This document shows, piece after piece, positions 13,095-25,344 of a stretch of 64,000 nucleotides of DNA (the stretch's first letter is position 1; every line of letters begins with the position of its first letter). The position numbers and the translations under genes were made by a program. The stretch is from Octopus bimaculoides (taxonomy: Eukaryota). The stretch covers positions 24,665,315 through 24,729,314 of the forward strand of contig NC_068998.1 in the NCBI RefSeq assembly GCF_001194135.2, in the 5' to 3' direction. The notes beneath the pieces were generated by a model, which saw only the letters and a program-made list of their open reading frames with translations, did not search any database and was not told the origin of the DNA.

Positions 13095-13175
<81 letters not shown>

Positions 13176-13222
13176 TGTATGCATGTATGTATGTATGTAT
13201 GTATGTATGTATGTGTGTGTGT
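12890..13222. repeat. Compound (CA)n/(TA)n/(TATG)n microsatellite tract
   Basis: Directly visible; it produces the spurious HT/YI/CM-rich ORFs. Confidence 0.95.
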
Positions 13223-13749
13223 TTACAATTCCCCACATACACTCATCCACAACTTTGATAATCTAGAATTCAAACTCACTCGCCCTGATCAATCGAAATT
13301 GAATATGTAAATAGCTATCCACGCTTATTCTACATATTCGGATCCAAAATATTGAATGAATATATTATATAAAATCGAATGATCGCTGTGAATTGTGTGA
13401 TTTTGAGCAGAAATTAAAAGACACAATATAACTCTGAATATATAATCTCCACAAGAACAACTTGATAAAAATCATCCTTCGTTCACACAAAAGTTCACGT
13501 TGTAAAGTCGGATGAGTTTTATCAATATATCCCGTCAACTATATAACAATAAAGCAAGTTTTTTGCTAGGATATAAGCACATATCAAAATATATAGTTTT
13601 GAGGAGTAGGAATAAATTTTTCTGGGTCTGCATCACGAAATGCACACAGGGTCAACAAAAATAAGTAAAGTACAAGAAATTAGTGTTGCAATACGAGGAT
13701 ATATAAATTTCTAAAAAAATTTAATAAAGCTACTATATTTGTCTCTTTC

Positions 13750-13901
13750 TATATATGTATTTTTGTATGTATGTATATACGTATGTCCGTACGCACGTAT
13801 GTATGTATGCATGCAGGCATGTACGTATGTGTGTATGTATGTATGCATGTATGTATGTATGCATGTATGTATGTATGCATGCATGTGTGTATGTATGTAT
13901 G

Positions 13902-13935
<34 letters not shown>

Positions 13936-14160
13936 TGTATGTATGTCACTACTGTATTTTATTTCAAGATTTCTTGTCAATAGAGAGAGAGCCAGTCTCT
14001 AACATAGATCCAAGGCTCCTTCATTGGAATATCAAGATCAACAACGAGGTATTTTTGTTTGTATACTTGTATGTATGCATGCATGCATGTGTGTATGTAT
14101 GTATGTATGTATGTATATACATGCACGAATGAATATGTATGTATGTATGTATGTATTTAT
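13750..14160 (-). mobile_element. 3' terminus of the (CATA)n-associated RLE LINE embedded in (TATG)n arrays
   Basis: 13945-14060 is homologous to 7657-7785 (TTTATTTCAAGATTTCTTG...AGATCCAAGGCTCCTTCATTGGAAT), with (TATG)n on both sides. Confidence 0.75.
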
Positions 14161-14339
14161 AGGTAGATATATGTTTTGGTATACAGTATTGATATTGAGT
14201 TGGAAATCATAAAACAACGTGTGCATTCATATTCAAAACACTCGATATGCACAAACTATATGCACATCTGTGCTTGTGTATATCTAGGGATGAACATATG
14301 CTTATTAATGTACATATTGCACGTATTTATTTATAGATG

Positions 14340-14500
14340 AGGATATATTGTAAGAAGCTTGCTTCTCAACCACATGGTTCTGAATGTAGTCCCACTGCAT
14401 GGCAACTTCTAGTATAGTATCGCCTTGGACAGACCAATGCCTTGTGAATGAGTTTGATAAAGTGATACTTACAGAAAACCGTCGTACAATATATACTTCA
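14340..14500 (+). mobile_element. SINE family B, 5' part
   Basis: GTAAGAAGCTTGCTTCTCAACCACATGGTTC...GTCCCACTGCATGGCAAC...GCCTTGTGAATGAGTTTG. Confidence 0.8.
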
Positions 14501-14516
14501 TGCATGCATATATCGT

Positions 14517-14576
<60 letters not shown>

Positions 14577-15294
14577 NNNNNNNNNNNNNNNNNNNNNNNN
14601 NNNNNNNNNNNNNNNNNNNNNNNNNNNNNNNNNNNNNNNNNNNNNNNNNNNNNNNNNNNNNNNNNNNNNNNNNNNNNNNNNNNNNNNNNNNNNNNNNNNN
14701 NNNNNNNNNNNNNNNNNNNNNNNNNNNNNNNNNNNNNNNNNNNNNNNNNNNNNNNNNNNNNNNNNNNNNNNNNNNNNNNNNNNNNNNNNNNNNNNNNNNN
14801 NNNNNNNNNNNNNNNNNNNNNNNNNNNNNNNNNNNNNNNNNNNNNNNNNNNNNNNNNNNNNNNNNNNNNNNNNNNNNNNNNNNNNNNNNNNNNNNNNNNN
14901 NNNNNNNNNNNNNNNNNNNNNNNNNNNNNNNNNNNNNNNNNNNNNNNNNNNNNNNNNNNNNNNNNNNNNNNNNNNNNNNNNNNNNNNNNNNNNNNNNNNN
15001 NNNNNNNNNNNNNNNNNNNNNNNNNNNNNNNNNNNNNNNNNNNNNNNNNNNNNNNNNNNNNNNNNNNNNNNNNNNNNNNNNNNNNNNNNNNNNNNNNNNN
15101 NNNNNNNNNNNNNNNNNNNNNNNNNNNNNNNNNNNNNNNNNNNNNNNNNNNNNNNNNNNNNNNNNNNNNNNNNNNNNNNNNNNNNNNNNNNNNNNNNNTA
15201 TATATACAAATATATATATATATACACACACACATATGTATATACATATACTGACGCGCACACACACACAGACATATATATATATATATACATA

Positions 15295-15934
15295 CATATA
15301 TAAGAGAAGACAAAGAAAATGGAGATTGGGAAGTTAATAATTGTTTATTATTAACACCAAATTAATCATCATCCATTATAGCTGTTTTTATTAATACTCA
15401 GTAACTATTAAGTAAATATCAAATTTATATGACCCGAACATAAAATCTTCAGAGGGAAAAAGGTACACCTTTTACATGTGTTTATGGATTCATTGTAGCA
15501 CATTGAATGACACGGTTTATGATTTGCATCAGTATATGTTTGCAGGTTGATTGGAGATGAGATAGAGTAGGTAAATAGAATTAGAACAATAAATGAATAA
15601 ATTAAATAGACATGATAAGGTATAAATAAAGTTATGAAAATTTCTATATATGGAAGTACACGCTTATGTATATACACGCATACATATATGTATCCGTACG
15701 TCCATATATATATACACAAAAACACACGCATATTCAAACACATATTCATACATCTACACGTACACACATATCCGTGCATATACGTATATATGTATATATA
15801 CATATACATGCGCAAATACGTTAATACGTATGCACGCTCACATATACACCCCTATACACTTAGAGGTGATGGGTAAAAAGTGTAAACGCATATATATATA
15901 TATATATATATCGACGTACGGATACATATACGTA

Positions 15935-16012
<78 letters not shown>

Positions 16013-16462
16013 CACATACGTGTGTACTTGCATATATACAGATTTTCATAGCTTTATTTATACCTTATAAACGAACATTCTATTTTTTTTATTAACTACA
16101 AACATACCTTATTTATATTTAAATTTTCTCTATCATCTCTATTTAATTTATTAATTTATTGTTCTAATTCTATTTACCTACACAATCTTATCTCCAATCA
16201 ACCTGTAAACACCTCGCCCGAACATATAACAATACAAATCACAAACCGTATCATTTAGTCTGCTAGAATGAACCCATAAACAAATATAAAACGTCCAGGG
16301 GTATATCTTTTCCCCTCTGAAGATATTATGTTCAGGTCATATAAATTTGATATTTACTGAGTATTAATTGAAACGGCTGTAAGGGATAATGATTAATTTG
16401 CTGTTAATAATAAACAATTATCAACTTCCCAATCTCCATTTTCTTCTTTCTTCTTTTATATG
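15295..16462. repeat. Long inverted repeat (foldback): arms of about 400-550 bp, spacer about 170 bp
   Basis: 15295-15712 aligns by eye to the reverse complement of 15890-16462, for example AAAATGGAGATTGGGAAGTT(A/G)ATAATTGTTTATTATTAACA and ATAAGGTATAAATAAAG(T/C)TATGAAAAT. Confidence 0.85.
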
Positions 16463-16469
16463 AATATAA

Positions 16470-16640
16470 ACCAGTGGTGGTGTGTTTATGTCTCCGTAAA
16501 CTAGTAGTTGAGGAAAAGAAAGCGATAAAATTAGTACCAGGCTTTAAAAAGAAAAGAGGTACTGATGTTAATTCGTTCTACTAAAATTCCTCAAGGCGTT
16601 TTCCCATCATTCCCACAATCAAATGACTGAAACAAGCGAA
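16470..16640 (+). mobile_element. SINE family B, 3' part (degenerate)
   Basis: GGTGTGTTTATGTCTCCGTAA...AGTACCAGGCTT...CAAATGACTGAAACAAG. Confidence 0.6.
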
Positions 16641-16699
16641 ACATAAAAGATATACACGTACACACACATACACACACAAGATCAAAGGTCCTTCCTCGG

Positions 16700-16899
16700 A
16701 TTCTGTTGGGGTATATATTGGGTTTTGGACGGGACGCCAGTCCGTCGCAGGATTACTCATTTTTACCAGATGAGTGAACTGGACCAACGTGAAATGAAGT
16801 GACATGCTCAAGAACACAACACGCCATTCAGTCCAGAATTTTAAACTATAATCGTAAGAATCACGAGTGCAACACCCTAACCACTTAGTCACGCGCTTC
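16700..16899 (-). mobile_element. tRNA-derived SINE, family C
   Basis: Minus-strand head GCGCGTGACTAAGTGGTTAGGGTGTTGCACTC, then GTGTTGTGTTCTTGAGCATGTCACTTCATTTCACGTTGG and CCTGCGACGGACTGGCGTCCCGTCC; shares its core with 47813-48123. Confidence 0.75.
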
Positions 16900-17396
16900 T
16901 ACAAACCTACACACACATAGACAAATATGTGTATGTGTGCGTCATGCGTTAATAAAGAAAAGATAGTAGATAGACCATATTTTTGTGGGAAAGCTGTAGA
17001 TATATTTTCATGTGTCGTTCAGTGAGATGTGCATCTCATCACACATCATGAAAACATTACATTCTTTCACGTAGATAACCGTCTGATGAGGATCGAGGTT
17101 CATTGTACCTGGTAAGGCTGGCTCACTGAAGGATGTTTACTACAGGGGTGGGGGTATAGAGTATAAATGATTATGAATTAAATGATAGGCAATAAGCAGT
17201 TCTTTCAATCATTTGCATAAGAAACGAGGAAATATTGTTGTTCGTTCTCCAGAGATAAAGAGAGAGAGAGAGAGAGCACGAGATAGTGAACGGGAGAGGG
17301 GGGGGGCGAAGAGATAAAGTGAGAGGAGGAGTAATCTAGTGTATCGAAAGCGTGTATTTTTACCTTGAAGCGGAATAGGCGTTTATTCTTTTCTGC

Positions 17397-17585
17397 TATA
17401 GGCATAAGGCCCGAAATTTTGAGGGAGGGGACTCCAGTATACAACTGGTACTTAATTTATCGACCCGGAAAGGACGAAAAGCAGAATTTGAACTCGGCGG
17501 AATTTGAACTCAGAACGTAAAGACAGACCAAATACTGCTAAGCATTTCCCCTAGCTTGCTAACTTTTCTGTCTGCTCACCGCCTT
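17397..17585 (-). mobile_element. SINE family A
   Basis: Homologous to 39478-39711 (GGCGGAATTTGAACTCAGAACGTA...GCTAAGCATTTC). Confidence 0.85.
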
Positions 17586-18076
17586 AGGAATAGGAGTTTA
17601 TGTTCGTATGTAATTTATTTACAAGTTAGACCCCACCCTCAACACACACGCAAACACACACTTTAGGCTTTCAGAAATTTGAAAATAAAATCCTTTTTTA
17701 AAAGGCTTCTTATGCGAAAGGAATTTATAAAAAAATAGTTTCATATCTATCGGGTAAAACAGTCATAATAACAACGAATAAAGTGGGCAGAATCGCCTAC
17801 GTAATTGCATATACTCATACGCTTACACAGACACGTACACACGCAGACACACATACACTCATGTATATATATATATATATATATATNNNNNNNNNNNNNN
17901 NNNNNNNNNNNNNNNNNNNNNNNNNNNNNNNNNNNNNNNNNNNNNNNNNNNNNNNNNNNNNNNNNNNNNNNNNNNNNNNNNNNNNNNNNNNNNNNNNNNN
18001 NNNNNNNNNNNNNNNNNNNNNNNNTGGTGTAAATAACAAAAGTATATATTAGTATGACGCTCGGGAATACGGAAAG

Positions 18077-18113
18077 TCTTTGACGTTTCGAGCTACGCTC
18101 TTCAACAGAAAGA
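18077..18113 (-). ncRNA. Minimal type-I hammerhead ribozyme-like motif (variant core CUGUUGA) in a short repeat
   Basis: Minus strand reads UCUUU-CUGUUGA-AGAGC-GUA-GCUC-GAAAC-GUC-AAAGA. Stem I UCUUU/AAAGA and stem II GAGC/GCUC pair perfectly, and the GAAAC/GUC cleavage triplet is present. Confidence 0.65.
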
Positions 18114-18136
18114 ATACGGAGACAAGGAGAAAACAC

Positions 18137-18170
<34 letters not shown>

Positions 18171-19094
18171 GCACACACACGCTCTATACACACATACACA
18201 CACACACACACACACACCCACACACACACACACACCCACACACACACACACACATATTTCACAGTTGGGTATCGTATGTATGCGGCATATCAAAATATCT
18301 ATAGCAGAATTGAATACCTTGTTTTCTGTCCCCGAATTCGTTGAATATTTAGCCTTGTTTCAAAAATCTCATATCACACAATTTACCATTATATTCTCTG
18401 TCATTATTTGGTATTGGAAGTATAACATCATAAACAACTTTGAGACCCATTTTGAAACAACTCTGTTACTTCTAGGGTCAAATGTAACCTATAATTAAAT
18501 GCAGATATTCTATTTCATATTTTGCATGTTTAATATTTTGTAGTTTCTACACAAGTCGCAGCTTTCCTTACAAATTTTTTAGTTTCATTAAAAATGCTGC
18601 CGTTTCATTTATTTATCAATTTTTTCTTTCTGTTTTGAAAAAGAAAACAGAGAACATTTTGTATTTTAAATTACTTCCTACGTATGTTTTGTTCCTTGCA
18701 TTTACATCTCTACCTTACTTTATCTCCGTTGGATATTTTCATTTTGCAAATAAGATATATAACAATATAGCAATTATAATTTGTATTTTTTTTTTATTCC
18801 TTCTCGCTAAGGTCTCTGCTAAATAGGATTTCAGACTGTATGTATTTCTTTCCATTTCGATTAGTTTTGTTTCCAGTATAATGATTATTTCCTAATTGGA
18901 TCACTGTGAAATCTTTAGGAAAATTGATTGCATAGTATTCCGTTACAGACTTAGACATTGCCATGGTTTTCACTCTGTAAGTAAATTTGCACATTCTCAT
19001 AAATTTAGGTATATTCGTTATAGTGAATAACGTTATACTTCAAACCAAACAACAACAAACATGAACAAACCATATTAAAGACTGTTAATATTTG

Positions 19095-19745
19095 AGATAC
19101 TTACGTGCGTATGCGAGTGTTCTAACGACAGTAATGCAAACGTGGGTATCATTAAATAATATTGCTCTTTCAAGTTGCGCAATTTGGTGGAGTGACTCTT
19201 CCTCTATACAAAGCTACTACCCAACATCGTCTCCTTTACCTGCAATGCTTTTACGCCAATTCACGGAAAAAATCAGGTGTACACTGCTGTTCTCACTTTT
19301 TCACAGCCGCTTTCACCTCGTCTGTACTGAGAAATGGTTGACTCCAAAGATTGTCCTTCATTGGACCGAACTGATGGAAGTCAGAAGGTGCCAGACTGGA
19401 GCTTTACGTTGGAGGGGGATAACTATTCAAGCAAATTTGCCGATTGCCCGATTTCGTGCCTGAGATATGTGTGGTAGTGCATTGTCGTGGTGAATGGGAA
19501 TAGTTTTCAGATTCAATATCTATGGTGCGTAGGAGTTACATGTTCGGTCTTTTCTCCCTAAAAGTTTCTTTAAAACTTTTGAGGCGTTCGTATCTCCGCT
19601 CGATGTTCATGGCACAGAAAATGAAGGAGAATGATACAGGAGTTTCTCTGTCGATGTTTGGCACTTTTACTTTGGAGATGATGTGTGATACCATTCTGGA
19701 CCATTACTTAATAAGCATTTAATCCGGGATGCTATCGATTCTGCC
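19095..19745 (-). mobile_element. Mariner transposase C-terminal remnant
   Basis: Decayed mariner-type C-terminal sequence (reverse complement of GAAGTCAGAAGGTGCCAGACTGGAG encodes a LAPSDF motif); many stops. Confidence 0.65.
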
Positions 19746-20026
19746 AGCTCGGCGCTTTAATGTATACATATGTATTAAGAAGCAACACATCAGGACATCT
19801 ATTTCTTCCCAGACCGGAGATCTGGTCTGAGTATTTACAACACTGTGTAGTCTGTTAAACGCATTCGAGGACGGATCCAATATGGTTAAATTGTATAGTT
19901 AATTAGGCAGTGGACTGTCCAAGAACCGTTACAATATTCCTCTCATTGATCATGAAGCGAATTTCTTGATGACACATGTGCACTCAGACATACACACATA
20001 GAAATTTACACATATGCATACGCATA

Positions 20027-21178
20027 TATCAGATTGTCAGATGAATTCGTAATGTTTTATGACCTTTTTGTTGCTCTATTTTTCCACCAAATTTTAGTTT
20101 ATCGTTTTCAAAATTTTAATAAATTTTATCTGTTTCTAGACATGACTACAGCGTTCCAAGTAAAAAAAAGTGTTCGTTTTTGACTCATGCTTCTCTTTGC
20201 TTTCAGTCAAGCTTCCAAAGCTACGAAGAACCAAGCGAAATGGTTAAGCTACTTACGGAGAAAGCAGTATAAATGAAAATGATGGACAGTAATAGTTTTC
20301 ATGTTTCAAAGAAGGTGGATTCAATTTCACAGACTTTCTGCGTTCCTGGTGACCTGTTCAGTTCAATGAAAATCAATTGAATGAGTTCATCCGTGATAAT
20401 CCGTGCCAACCGACTAGGGAATTAGCCCAACAAATAAGATGCTCTCATGATACCATCGCCAATGTACATAATTGGATACCATAAGCTCTGAGCGAGATCG
20501 ACAAACTCCAGCGTTCCTCTATCGCAGCCGATTTGTTCGCTCGACACCAGGGTATACGTAGTAACAAAGATTTCTTCGCTCTACCGTCACCGGCAATTTT
20601 ACACGGTGTCCTTACATCAATATGAAACAGAAGAAACGATAGCAGTGTTCCGACAAACAAGAAACATATCAAGCCAGGTCAGAGCTGCAACCATTCGAGA
20701 CAATGATCTGTGTTTGGTGGTAATAGAAACTGCTAATCTACAACGTAATACTAGAAAACCACAACACGGCCTATGTTACGCTTAGCAAATGGACTGTTCA
20801 ACGAGGCAATGCAACTGAAACGAAGAGACCAATAAAACGGCGTATTTCTTCAACATAACAACGCTCACCTGTTACTAATTTCCCCAAGACTACCATTTAA
20901 AATCTCGGTTAAGACATTCTACCGCATCCACTTTATTGGTCGCTTTCCAAAAGTCAACGAAGCGTTTCGTTCAACAACGACGTGAAGCTTAAAAAGATGG
21001 ATTGATGAATTCTTCGAGTCTCGACCTAGTTATTTCTACCGTCAAGGCATTGGCAAGCTTGTGGAATTTGGGCAAGAAGTAGAGAATGAAGAATATACTG
21101 TTCACTGGTTTGTTAAAATTTCTGATGGAAAAAAAAAATTAAGTGAAAAATAAAACAAATTTATCAGACAACCCAATA
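20027..21178 (+). mobile_element. Near full-length decayed mariner element with both TIRs
   Basis: Left end TATCAGATTGTCAGATGAATTCGT; right end reverse complement TATTGGGTTGTCTGATAAATTTGT. About 1.15 kb; C-terminus LKRWIDEFFESRPSYFYRQGIGKLV. Confidence 0.8.
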
Positions 21179-21179
21179 C

Positions 21180-21665
21180 ATACATATACCTACCTACCTA
21201 CCTACCAACCAACCAACCAACATACATACATACATACATACATACATACATACATACATACATACATACATGCATGTATACATATGGTTCAAATGAATAA
21301 TAAACAAAAGCCAGGGACAGGGGAGGGAACAACAAACAAGTTATATGAGTTTGACGCTCAGAAATTGGAAAACCTTTTGAAGTTTCGAGCTTTCGTTCTT
21401 CGACAAAAAGAAACTAGGAAAGAAAACGGAAAGAGGAAAAAAAAACCGGAGATTGGGAAATTTTAATCCTGTCTGGATTAAAGGTTTCACACGCCGAATA
21501 TGTATGTACATACATAGATACATACACATACGTACATACGTAGATGCATACATACATGCATTCAAGCATGCACGCATCCATCCATCCATCCATCCATCCA
21601 GCCATCCATCTATCCCTCCATCCACCCATCCATTCATCCATCCATCCATACATACATACATACAT
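21180..21665. repeat. (TACC)/(AACC)/(TACA)n and (CATC)n tetranucleotide tracts
   Basis: Directly visible at 21180-21280 and 21500-21665. Confidence 0.9.
21300..21430 (-). mobile_element. Second copy of the hammerhead-bearing short repeat seen at 18030-18130
   Basis: TGACGCTCAGAAATTGGAAAACCTTTTGAAGTTTCGAGCTTTCGTTCTTCGACAAAAAGA resembles TGACGCTCGGGAATACGGAAAGTCTTTGACGTTTCGAGCTACGCTCTTCAACAGAAAGA. Confidence 0.65.
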
Positions 21666-22451
21666 ACACGAGCGCTGCAACTGGATTACAAACAATGCCA
21701 TCGCCAGATTATTGTCCTAAACATGAACAGCGTAGATGTAGGTTTTCAGTCCTGATAGGGACCTAAATGTATTTTCATAAATGTGACAGTGATGGGTGCA
21801 TCATGTAATAAGTGTTTAGTGAGTTTGCCAAACACAACGACACATGCTTTCGTTCCATCATGAACTTTTTCATTGTGTATTTTACCTTTTTCGGCTACAC
21901 CAAGTCAGAGATTGCAACATATTCTAGAGATGTTAAAAATGAAGCGATGCTTGTTTTCTGAAGCCTTTGGAAGTGAGGAAGGGCATTACACAGGAAAAAT
22001 CTCACTCTGTAAACAACCTATACTAAAAAGCACAGTTAAACTACAGTATTGGATGCAAATGACGTCGCAGGTGTAACATTAGCGTTTTTTTCTTACTAGA
22101 GAAATGTCTAAACAAAGACTAGGGGTATCTTACTCCCAGCTATCAGTTGGTTTTGACATTACTGCATTCATCTGTCCTTGACAGGTTCTGTTTTCCGCCC
22201 TGCAGGATGTCCGAAGAAAACTACTCACCTTACCAGTTAGACTTGATTAGGATACTGGTTTAGCCAGTGACAGGTGGGCCATGAAAAAAGTTGTGCGTTA
22301 TATGTTACAAGTAGCACAAAGATCAATCTGTTCATACACGCATACATACATACATACATACATACATACATACATGCATGCATGCATGCATACATACATA
22401 TATAAATACATACGTATTTAATACATACATACATACATACATACATACATG

Positions 22452-22850
22452 CATAGTAGTTATTAAGGGCACTAAGATATGTAACACACTGCCTAAATAC
22501 CAATTTAAGAAATTAGGTTTCTCAAAACCAGAAAGGAGTAAACCGATTCAAAGACTACAGATTCAATGCATCACTGGTACTGTGAAAATCTGTAAAACTT
22601 TCCAGAAGTTTATCATTTAAATATATATGAGCATCTCTAGATATGCAACTACATGCAGGAGAATACATACGTAAAATAAAACATAAAAATATGCACATAT
22701 ACATACATATATGCATACAAATATACGAACATAAATGCCCTGTTTGTGATGTTGAAATTCCAATGAAGGGGAATAGGATCTAGGTTAAAAATCCTCTCTT
22801 TCTCTATTGGCAAGAAATCTTGAAATAAAACTGAATAATAACATACATAC
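22452..22850 (+). mobile_element. 5'-truncated copy of the (CATA)n-associated RLE LINE (C-terminal coding end plus 3' UTR)
   Basis: Encodes ...RLQIQCITGTVKICKTFQKFII*, homologous to the reverse complement of 7935-8090. It continues through the same 3' UTR to GAAATAAAACTGAATAATAACATACATAC and starts directly after a (CATA)n array. Confidence 0.8.
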
Positions 22851-24577
22851 AAATATAGAAACAAACATACACACACAGAAATATATGCATATGTGTATGT
22901 GCGTGTATGTGCATTTGTACACATCTGTACACNNNNNNNNNNNNNNNNNNNNNNNNNNNNNNNNNNNNNNNNNNNNNNNNNNNNNNNNNNNNTATATATA
23001 TATATATATGTATGTATATACATGTGTGTGTGTGCATAGATATACACACACATAGATTCATACATGCATCTTTATATATATTTACATGTATGTATTCTTG
23101 CATATGTACAACAATCTAACATATCTCAGTTTTTTATATTTATGTAATTACACGTTAGTGTAGAGTTTTTTTTTTAAATTATCATTCACAGACACAAATG
23201 CTTACACGATATTTAACGAAATATATAAACAGAAATTACAAAATATTTCCCAGTTATTAAACTACACGAAAATTATTTCTCTTCATAGCTAAGATTATTT
23301 CTCTAATAATAGTTTTATTGCTTTTCTTCATGACTTTAATCATTTTGTTGTGACTTCAAATTATACTTGACAAACTCAATATTATGCATGAAGCGGCGGG
23401 CAAGAAAACAAATATTAATAATAGAAGTGGCGATGAAGTGAAAACGTTATTTATTTAATATTTATGGAAGGAAAATATATTATAAATATAGGCCTCAACT
23501 AAAAGAAGAGAAAAACATAATTATAATGTAATACTTGTTAACAGTTGGAGTTGGAGATGGTATGAATGCCAAATGAATTGGTCTTATTTTCCTTGTATCT
23601 TTCACTGTTAGTGTAGTCCTATATTCTTTGTCGTAATAGTGTCCTAGATATGACTTTAGGCTACATCTGCTGTGGACCGCTGATTCGGGGATTCCAGGGT
23701 TTTGACGAGTATGGGATCACCTTTTAGCCACTACTTCCTATCAAATCTACTCTGACCCAGAGATAGAAGCACCCATCAAAGTCTTAGTATGGATTCATGT
23801 GCATATTAGTGAAGACTGAATCCAGCGGACACCACGGGAAAAAAACCGTCATAGGCCAACGGTGGGAAAATTCGCTGCAACAAGGCATTGTAGGATACAA
23901 AGGAAACATGAGGCGAGTAAGATATCTTGGCCAGGCACTGCATTCGTCTCCATCCTCAGTCGTCTTGATTTGGTTTTGCCACCGGATTGAAGATGGTCAC
24001 TGATATGAGAGTGAACATAATACAAAGCCATCACGCAAGTAATCAGTCATCTCTGACGATGACTGGATTGTTCGCGTCGCACCGACGTACGAACATAGTA
24101 AAAGTTAATCTTTTACACTTCTGTTCTCTTACAACTCTCACTTTTACCAGTCTTTTTTTCTAACATCTGTTACCCATATACCCTTCTACTTTCCAAATTC
24201 TAGCTATTGGTGCTCTCATTCATTTCTATATTATAGTAGGACAGCTTCCAAACTTTTAAACTTCTGCATTTTATATTTTATCAATTACTTATTTTCATAT
24301 ACCATTCAAAACTACAATAATGCACAACAGCCATTGAAAACAGAGAGGTCATTCATGTCCATTATGTAAAGGGAAATGATAGAATATATCCGATATATGT
24401 CGCTAAGAAGTTCAATTTTGATCAGTATGGTTATACGTTTGTGCTTCATATTGAGTAATTCTCTTCTATTGAATTAACCAGCGTGTTGACGGAAATTGTG
24501 CGGGAGCCTGCATGGGTATGCATATACATGTAATATATTGCACTCATACATATACATATGTATACGTGCATGCATAT

Positions 24578-24780
24578 ATGTCATTATTCAGTTTATTTTA
24601 AGATTTCTTGCCAATAAAGAAAGAACCTAGATCCAAGGCTCCTTCATTGGAATTTCAACATCAACAACAGGGTGATTTTGCATGTATGTATGTATGTATG
24701 TATGTATGTATATATGCATGTATGTATGTATGTATGTATGTATGTATGTTTTTATATATATATATGTATGTATGTATTTG
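24578..24780 (-). mobile_element. 3' terminus of the (CATA)n-associated RLE LINE
   Basis: GTCATTATTCAGTTTATTTTAAGATTTCTTGCCAATA...AGATCCAAGGCTCCTTCATTGGAATTTCAACATCAACAACAGGG, with TATG/CATA repeats on both sides. Confidence 0.75.
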
Positions 24781-24895
24781 ATATTTAGCAGAAGTAACAG
24801 AATGACTCAAGGTCCGAGACTTTTGTGCCAACGCACGAAGCTCCCCGATCTTAAGCTACTCTGTTATTTCTGCTAAATATTGATACAAATATCCG

Positions 24896-25295
24896 GAGGC
24901 GTGGCTGTGTGGTAAGAAGCTTGGTTCCCGACCACATTGTTCCGGGTCCACTGCGTGACAATTCAGGCAAGTATCTTCTACTATAGTCTCGGACCCATCA
25001 AAGCCTTGTGAATGGATTTGGTAGACGGAAACTAAAAGATGCCCTTTGTGTAAATTGGTGTGTGTGTGTGTGTGTATGTGTATGTGTGTGTATATGTACC
25101 AGTGGTTGTCTCCCACCACCTATTGACAGCCTGTTTTGGTGCGTTTACGTTCCTATAACTTAGCGGCTAGGCAAAGAATAGAATAAGTACCAGGTTTTCT
25201 AAAAACACTGGGGTTGAGTCATTCAACTAAAACTTCTTCAAGACAGTGCCCCAGCATGGCCACAGTCTAGTGACTGACACATGTAAAACATAAAA
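24896..25295 (+). mobile_element. SINE family B, full length, with internal (GT)n
   Basis: Head GGAGGCGTGGCTGTGTGGTAAGAAGCTTG, body GGATTTGGTAGACGGAAACT, (GT)n, tail CCCCAGCATGGCCACAGTC...TGACTGACACATGTAAAA. Confidence 0.85.
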
Positions 25296-25344
25296 CATAT
25301 ATCCATATTTTGAGTTCTATTTTTCCTGTTTCAACACACCTATA

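Noticed and set aside
12783-14226. Many ORFs rich in HT, YI, CV and CMYV repeats (and similar ones elsewhere)
   Set aside because: They are translations of (CA), (TA) and (TATG) microsatellites.
17075-17120. CTGATGAG hammerhead-like core; also a possible 37-nt plus-strand exon
   Set aside because: No stem II or GAAA follows, and the exon has no support.
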